In this document: positions 26,667 to 32,000 of the stretch, piece after piece | How positions within the stretch are numbered: the first letter of the stretch is position 1 | Layout: each line of letters opens with the position of its first letter | From: Phycisphaera mikurensis NBRC 102666 | GTDB lineage: Bacteria; Planctomycetota; Phycisphaerae; Phycisphaerales; Phycisphaeraceae | Direction of reading: 5' to 3' | Assembly (NCBI RefSeq): GCF_000284115.1 | Contig: NC_017080.1 | Span: 2,100,001 to 2,132,000 of the forward strand | Length of the DNA stretch: 32,000 nucleotides | The notes under the pieces: model-generated | Told to the model about the DNA's origin: nothing | Databases searched by the model: none | What the model saw: the letters and a program-made list of their open reading frames with translations, nothing else | Position numbers and translations under genes: made by a program

Positions 26667-26757
26667 AGCCCGTCCTGCCGTCGGCGGACGCGTCCGAGCG
26701 GCCACCGGCGAGATCCGCACGGCGGGAGCCATCCCCGTGCAAACCCTGAAAGAACCC

Positions 26758-28848
26758 ATGCACGCCGACGTTTCTCCCGCCCGCGTCGCGGCGCTCCTGA
26801 TCGCCGCCTTTCTCCTGCTCCTGCCCGCACCGCCGGCGGCGGCGGAGGAAGCCGCGCCCGCCCGGAGCATCGACCGCATCGCCGCCGGGCCCGAAACGCT
26901 GCGGATCCGCCTGTCGGGCGGCAACGACCGCGAGCGTTTCCGCCTCGTCGCCCTGCACGCCTGGGAGCCCGACGACGCGGTCGGCACCCTCGTCCACGCG
27001 GGCCCGGGCGGGGAGGAGACGGTGGAGATCCCACGCCGCCTCGGCGACCGGGACCTGCTCTTCAGCCGCTTCCTGGTCGAAGGCGACCGCAGGCGGCCCG
27101 CGCGGTGGGCGACCTCGCTGGAACCGCCGGCGGAGGGCACGCAGATCCGCTGGCCCGCCGCGCGCAAGGGCGTCGCCGTGCCCGACAGCATCGACGACGC
27201 GGTGGAGCTGGGCTCGGCGCACGTGACCGTCAACGTCGAGCTCGGCTCGCTGCTGCTCCCGCCCGGGGCCGAGGATCCGCCGGCCGCGTTCATCGTGAAC
27301 CGCGACGGCCAGCGGCTCCGCTTCGACCCCGCCACCGTGCGCCACTGGGACGAACAGATCGGCGAGATGACCCGACGCGGCCTGCACGTGACGGTCGTCT
27401 TTTTGAATCAGCTGCAGAAGGTCGCCGCCGCGAAGGGCGTCATCCACCCCGCCACCAATGTCGAGGAGGCGCTCTTCGACCTGGGCGCTTTCAACCTCAC
27501 CGATGCCCGCGGCGTGGCCAGCTACACGGCCGTGCTGGGGTTCCTGGCCGAGCGCTACAGCCGCGCGGACCGGAGATACGGCCACGTCGGCGGCTACATC
27601 GTCGGCAACGAGATCGACTCGCACTGGACCTGGCACAACATGGGCGAGGCCGACCTGGCCGCGGTGGCCCGACAGCACGAGCGGGAGCTGCGGCTGGCCT
27701 GGCTGGCGGTCCGCGAGCACGCGCCCGGCGCCCGCGTCTTCACCTCGCTCACCCACAGCTGGAGCCGGCCCAACGCCCGGGCGCCGCTGCGGAACACCGC
27801 CGGCCGGGAACTGCTCGAAGCGCTCACCCGCCTCAGCCGCGCCGGCGGGGACTTCGACTGGGACATCGCCCACCACCCCTACCCGCAGAATCTCTTCGAC
27901 CCCCGCTTCTGGGACGACCAGCTCGCGATGTTCGGCTTTGACACGCCGATGATCACCTTCGCGAATCTGGAGTTGCTGCCGGCCTTCCTCGCCCGCCCGG
28001 AGATGCTCTGCAACGGCGAGCCCCGCCGGGTGATCCTCTCCGAGCAGGGCTTCCACACGCTGCCCGGCGTGGAGGGCGAGCGCCTCCAGGCCGCGGCCCT
28101 CGCGCTGGCGGCCTACCGCATCTTCCGCATCGACGGCATCGATGCCTTCATCCTTCACCGCCACGCCGACGCGGCCGGTGAGGGCGGGCTGCTGCTGGGT
28201 CTCCGCCACCTCGCGCCCGCGCCGGGCGAGCTGGGCCCCAAGAAGCTCGCGTGGGACGTGTTCCGGGCGATGGAGACGCCGGCCTTCGAGTCCTCCGCCG
28301 CCTTCGCCCTGCCTTACGCGGGCCACGAGCGTTGGGAGGAGGCGGCGCCGCGGCCGGGTCCGTTTCCCGAGCACGCACCCGAGTGGGCGGGCTTCAAGCG
28401 GCGGGAGGCGCCCCTGGTGGACCTCACCGCCGCCGCCGACCAGGCCCGCTTCGAAAACGACCTCGACCACGGCGTGAAGCTGCTCTCGCTGCCCGACGGC
28501 GGCATGGCCGATGCGCTGTACCTGCACCCCAACACGCCCGATGGTCCCGCGGCGGCGGCTGTGTTCGCGGTGGACCTCGGCGACGCCGAAGCGCCCGAGC
28601 TGGCCTTCTCCCCCTACGTGGCCAAGCCCGGCAGCGACGGCGTGCTCTTCCGCGTCCGCGTCGATGGGGAGGAGCTGCTCGCCGCGCCGGTCCGCTTCGG
28701 CTCGATGCAGGAGCAGCGGGTCGACCTCTCCGCCTTCGCCGGCCGCCGGGTCGAGCTGCGGCTCGAGACCGAGCCGGGCGCGACCAGCGCCTACGACGAG
28801 GCGTACTTCGTCAGCCCCGCCGTGGTCCGCGGGAGGAGGAGCGACTGA
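26758..28848 (+). CDS. DUF5722-like secreted protein (glycosidase-like TIM barrel)
   Basis: MHADVSPARVAALLIAAFLLLLPAPPAAAEE signal peptide; GHVGGYIVGNEIDSHWTWHNMGEADLAAVARQHERELRLAWLA; PRRVILSEQGFHT; IDAFILHRHADAAGEGGLLLGL. Track ORF start 26626 is too early. Confidence 0.82.
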   Translation: MHADVSPARVAALLIAAFLLLLPAPPAAAEEAAPARSIDRIAAGPETLRIRLSGGNDRERFRLVALHAWEPDDAVGTLVHAGPGGEETVEIPRRLGDRDLLFSRFLVEGDRRRPARWATSLEPPAEGTQIRWPAARKGVAVPDSIDDAVELGSAHVTVNVELGSLLLPPGAEDPPAAFIVNRDGQRLRFDPATVRHWDEQIGEMTRRGLHVTVVFLNQLQKVAAAKGVIHPATNVEEALFDLGAFNLTDARGVASYTAVLGFLAERYSRADRRYGHVGGYIVGNEIDSHWTWHNMGEADLAAVARQHERELRLAWLAVREHAPGARVFTSLTHSWSRPNARAPLRNTAGRELLEALTRLSRAGGDFDWDIAHHPYPQNLFDPRFWDDQLAMFGFDTPMITFANLELLPAFLARPEMLCNGEPRRVILSEQGFHTLPGVEGERLQAAALALAAYRIFRIDGIDAFILHRHADAAGEGGLLLGLRHLAPAPGELGPKKLAWDVFRAMETPAFESSAAFALPYAGHERWEEAAPRPGPFPEHAPEWAGFKRREAPLVDLTAAADQARFENDLDHGVKLLSLPDGGMADALYLHPNTPDGPAAAAVFAVDLGDAEAPELAFSPYVAKPGSDGVLFRVRVDGEELLAAPVRFGSMQEQRVDLSAFAGRRVELRLETEPGATSAYDEAYFVSPAVVRGRRSD

Positions 28849-28927
28849 AACCAGCACTTCGCTTCCACCGCTTCCCGTCTCTTCGGCCCCGCCGCGCGGC
28901 GGGTCCGCCCCTTCCTGGAGTCTTCTC

Positions 28928-29827
28928 ATGCGTCATGCCTCTCTCGCCCTGACCCTTCTCGTCCTGCTGGCCGGCTCGCCCGCGCGAGCCTTCCAGGTGC
29001 TCTTCCACACCGGCGAGCCCCAGAACATCGCGCAGCTGGAGCAGGCCGATTCCTCCTGGGCGTACTCACGAAACAACGCGGACGGCCTCTACCTGATCCA
29101 CGCCACCATCGCGACCTATCCCGGGCCGGTCGCCGCGCTCATCGACAACTTCCCGCGGAGCGTCTTCGCCAACTCCGTGGTGGAGGTGCCCTACGCGGCG
29201 GCGACGCTGCGGACGCCTTACCCCCGGCACATCGACGTGCTCTCGCGGGTCCTCAATGCGCCCCCGACGCTCGCGCTGTGGTACCACGCCGGCGCCCCGG
29301 CGGCGGGCCGCGGCCTGGGGAGCACGCTCAGCGGCAGCGAGTTCGATCAGGTCGAGGCGAGGAGCCCCGTGGCCAGCAACGGCATCCTCATGCGGGCCTG
29401 GGGCAAGCCCAACCGCGAGCGGGTGCAGGCGCTACGCCCCGCGGCGGTGGTCTTCGAGTTCAACAGCAGCTCGAGCAACGCCTTCTGCCTGGAGCTGGCC
29501 AAGGGCACCAAGTGGCTGCTGGACGCCGGGTACAAGGTCGTCTGGCTCATCGCCCCCGGCGAGTCCGACACCGACCCGGCCGACCCCGCCGACTGGCGGA
29601 GCCACGTGAACCAGGTCAACCGCTGCGTGACGCTCATGAGCCAGGAGGTCGGGCGGCAGACCCGCATGCGCAGCGACCGGCTGATGATCTGCCCGGGCGG
29701 CTACGACAAGGGCGTGCAGCTGCTGCCCGAGACGGTGGTGCAGGGCGGCGACACGCGGGCGGCCAACACGGTGGCCGGCGCGGTGCGGCAGCTGCTGCTC
29801 CGGCGGCCGTTGCTCGAGGGCCGCTGA
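28928..29827 (+). CDS. Exported protein of unknown function (paralogue of 4964..5926)
   Basis: MRHASLALTLLVLLAGSPARAFQVLFHTGEPQNIAQLEQADSSWAYSRNNADGLYLIHATIATYPGPVAALIDNFPRSVF... Track ORF starts too early at 28511, inside the previous gene. Confidence 0.8.
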   Translation: MRHASLALTLLVLLAGSPARAFQVLFHTGEPQNIAQLEQADSSWAYSRNNADGLYLIHATIATYPGPVAALIDNFPRSVFANSVVEVPYAAATLRTPYPRHIDVLSRVLNAPPTLALWYHAGAPAAGRGLGSTLSGSEFDQVEARSPVASNGILMRAWGKPNRERVQALRPAAVVFEFNSSSSNAFCLELAKGTKWLLDAGYKVVWLIAPGESDTDPADPADWRSHVNQVNRCVTLMSQEVGRQTRMRSDRLMICPGGYDKGVQLLPETVVQGGDTRAANTVAGAVRQLLLRRPLLEGR

Positions 29828-29886
29828 GCCGAAGCCCGCGAGGCGCAGGTCGCCCGGCGGTGGGGGGGCTGACCGCGGCCGCGGCT

Positions 29887-30963
29887 TCAGCGGGCGGCCG
29901 CGGCGACGCTATCGCGTTCGTGCAGCACGGGCTGGATCACCCCCAGCAGCGCATCGTCCGGCGGCTTTTCGCCCACTGGCTCCGCCGCCTTGCCGACGCC
30001 GATCAGGCGGAGGGCGGCGTTGACGTGCTCGCGGATGCCGCAGTCCAGCGCCGTCATCCGCAGCGGCTGGACCTCGCTGCGGCCGGTGCCGCCGTACGCG
30101 ATCAACGAGAGCTCTTGCGGAACCCGAATCCCCGCCCGGGCGGCGGCCCCCGCGGCCGCATAGGCGAGCTCTTCGCCGATCACCAGCCAGCCGGTGGGGC
30201 CCGCCGGCTCGCTGCGGAAGCGAGCGAGCATCTCGTGGTACCCGGTGACCTCCACGGGCACCTCCGGCGAGCGACGCACCCGCAGCAGATCCGGCGACCC
30301 GGCCGCCTCGCCGCGGCCCAAGCCGATCGCCTCGCCCCAGACGCGGATCTCGTTCTCCAGCGTCGCGGATCCGAATTCGCCGTCGAGCACGACGAGCCCG
30401 ATGCGGCGGTGGCCGTGCTCGCGGAGGTGGGCGACGCAGAGGTTGATCCCGCGCTCGTCGTCGCAGACCACCGAAGGCACGCCGGTCTGCTCGAGCCGGA
30501 CCCCCAGCGACGCGACGCGGCCCCGGGCGCGGGTCATCGCCTGCCGCACCTCATCGAGCGGGTCGAAGTGCGCCCCGATCACCAGCGCCCGCTCCCCGCC
30601 CTCGATGGCGGCCACCGCGATGTGCTCGTCGCCAACCATCATCCGGATGATCCGGGGATCCAGGCCGTGGGCGCGGGCCGCGGCGATCCCGTCGTGAACG
30701 AAGGCCGTCGCCTGCGTCGTGTCCTCGGGCCCGTAGATGAGGCAGAGGCGGTCGCCGACGCGGTCCGCCGCCACGCCGGGCCGCACGAACACGCCGCGTG
30801 GCTTCCGCTTCTCCACCAGCCCGTTGATCGTCAGCCGCTTGACCGCCTGCCGCACGGTGTTGCGGTGGAACCCGTACCGGTCGGAGAGTTCCTGCTCGGT
30901 CGGAAGCTGGTCCCCCGGCCGCAGGCCGCCGGCCCGCAGCTCCCGCAGCAGGTCTTCGTACAC
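29887..30963 (-). CDS. GntR-family regulator with LacI/GalR-type sensor domain (AraR-like)
   Basis: Frame reads TKAKHELVYEDLLRELRAGGLRPGDQLPTEQELSDRYGFHRNTVRQAVKRLTINGLVEKRKPRGVFVRPGVAADRVG. Close paralogue of 14948..16027. True start uncertain (GTG at 30963 or a non-ATG codon further upstream). Confidence 0.88.
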   Translation of the reverse strand: MYEDLLRELRAGGLRPGDQLPTEQELSDRYGFHRNTVRQAVKRLTINGLVEKRKPRGVFVRPGVAADRVGDRLCLIYGPEDTTQATAFVHDGIAAARAHGLDPRIIRMMVGDEHIAVAAIEGGERALVIGAHFDPLDEVRQAMTRARGRVASLGVRLEQTGVPSVVCDDERGINLCVAHLREHGHRRIGLVVLDGEFGSATLENEIRVWGEAIGLGRGEAAGSPDLLRVRRSPEVPVEVTGYHEMLARFRSEPAGPTGWLVIGEELAYAAAGAAARAGIRVPQELSLIAYGGTGRSEVQPLRMTALDCGIREHVNAALRLIGVGKAAEPVGEKPPDDALLGVIQPVLHERDSVAAAAR

Positions 30964-31212
30964 GAGTTCGTGCTTCGCCTTGGTTCTCGATCGCGATCGG
31001 CTTCTCCTGATGGTGCGGCCTCTTGGATGCGACGAGAGAGGGATCCGGCCCGGCTGATTCCGGATGCGATCCGGGCCGCTGGCGGGTCCGAGGGCGAGCG
31101 GGCTCGGCTCCGGAAGAGAAGCACGGGGCCTCGGCCAGGCCCAGCCTACCTCCCACGCGACGGCGTTGGCTGCGATCGCGGGGCCCGCGGGCGCGAGCAG
31201 CCCAGCGGTCTC

Positions 31213-32000
31213 TTAGAGGGTGGCGTCGGCGCGGCCGGCCGCCGCGTCGCCGAAGCGGGCGCGGATGGCGTCCACGGCGGCGTCGACCCGGGCGTTCCGC
31301 CCGCGGACCGCGGCGTCGAAGAGGCCCAGCTGCTCGCCGTCCGCGGCTTCCTGGAGAGGCCCGGCGGTGACGCCGAGCAGGCGCAGCGGGCGGAAGTGCC
31401 GGTGCGCCCAGGCGTCGAAGAGGGCGCCGGCGACGCGGCGGAGGTCGGCGGTGGCGTCGCTGGGCGGGGACACGACGGCGGAGCGGGTGACGGTCTTGAA
31501 GTCGCCGGTCCGAAGCTTCACGCTGACGCCGCGGGCGAGGAGGCCTCTGGCCCGCAGGCGTCGGGCGACCTCGTCGCATTGGGTGGCGAGCACGACGCGG
31601 GCCCGCTGGGGATCCGGCAGGTTGATGCCGAAGGTCCGCTCCTGGCCGACGGACTTCCGCCGGCCGCCGGTGGAGACGGGCCGCTCGTCGCGGCCGTGGG
31701 CGAGGTCGAGCAGGTGAGCCGCCTGGGCGGGGGAGAGGCCCAGGCCGCCGGTCGTCCCGGCGGCGCCCGCTGCGCGGAGGTCGGCGATCGTGCAGACGCC
31801 GCGACGCTGGAGCTTCTCGACGAGCGCGGGGCCGACGCCGGGGACGCGGCCGATGGGCAGCGGGGGGAGGATCCGATCGACGTCTCCGGGACCGATGACG
31901 GTGAGGCCGTCGGGCTTCTCCAGGTCGCTGGCCAGCTTCGCGAGGAACTTGTTGTGCGAGACGCCGACGCTCGCGACCAGGCCCGTCTCGGCGAAGACCT
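31213..32000 (-). CDS. dinB: DNA polymerase IV (Y-family), 5' end beyond window
   Basis: Reverse complement from the window edge reads VFAETGLVASVGVSHNKFLAKLASDLEKPDGLTVIGPGDVDRILPPLPIGRVPGVGPALVEKLQRRGVCTIADLRA...GRDERPVSTGGRRKSVGQERTFG; TAA stop at 31213-31215. Confidence 0.9.
   Translation of the reverse strand, partial: VFAETGLVASVGVSHNKFLAKLASDLEKPDGLTVIGPGDVDRILPPLPIGRVPGVGPALVEKLQRRGVCTIADLRAAGAAGTTGGLGLSPAQAAHLLDLAHGRDERPVSTGGRRKSVGQERTFGINLPDPQRARVVLATQCDEVARRLRARGLLARGVSVKLRTGDFKTVTRSAVVSPPSDATADLRRVAGALFDAWAHRHFRPLRLLGVTAGPLQEAADGEQLGLFDAAVRGRNARVDAAVDAIRARFGDAAAGRADATL

Noticed and set aside
26685-26696. CGGACGCGTCCG palindrome between sulfatase and DUF5722 genes
   Set aside because: Short, GC-rich and without a partner copy, so not supportable as a regulatory site.
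24975-27335. 786-aa minus ORF and 775-aa + ORF 26602..28929
   Set aside because: Both overlap well-supported sulfatase and DUF5722 genes in other frames and show no family signals.
29873-29884. CCGCGGCCGCGG perfect palindrome between convergent genes
   Set aside because: Simple GC-only palindrome, expected often at this base composition. Possible terminator role but no supporting feature.
30988-30999. CGATCGCGATCG palindrome upstream of the second regulator
   Set aside because: Could be an operator, but a lone GC-rich self-complementary string with no second copy seen in the window and possibly within the N-terminal coding region.
1-32000. CRISPR arrays, tRNA/rRNA genes, transposases, phage or toxin-antitoxin modules
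   Set aside because: Looked for and not recognised. No regularly spaced repeats, no transposase or integrase motifs, and no convincing RNA gene structure by eye.

Overview
High-GC window that looks like an accessory carbohydrate-utilisation region of a planctomycete, probably Phycisphaera-like. That affiliation is inferred from PEP-CTERM tails, stand-alone prepilin-like genes, a high sulfatase load and DUF5722 proteins. I support 19 coding regions: an ABC solute-binding protein (partial), a GH106-like glycosidase, a sialate O-acetylesterase-like esterase, three sulfatases, two prepilin-like proteins, three PEP-CTERM proteins plus one tail-less paralogue, two DUF5722-like proteins, two GntR/AraR-type regulators, a fucose/arabinose isomerase-like protein, a GPH/MFS symporter, a Gfo/Idh/MocA oxidoreductase, two members of an apparently uncharacterised exported family, and a partial dinB. 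The main observations are: (1) all four divergent intergenic regions (4622-4963, 11162-11612, 16028-16179, 22323-22533) carry a palindromic motif, consensus RGTAYRKACY with one looser variant. It resembles AraR/HutC-type GntR operators and lies on or next to recognisable -10/-35 elements, suggesting one locally controlled regulon. (2) The locus holds two parallel cassettes, each with an unknown exported protein, prepilin-like protein, sulfatase, PEP-CTERM protein(s), DUF5722 and AraR-like regulator. (3) A sulfatase C-terminal extension resembles the PEP-CTERM protein encoded next to it. (4) One sulfatase has CSPSK where CxPxR is expected. (5) A 25-bp-arm hairpin repeat is present twice between convergent genes. 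No CRISPR, RNA genes or intact mobile element were recognised. The supplied ORF track labels 8475..10892 as '+', but its protein is encoded on the minus strand.
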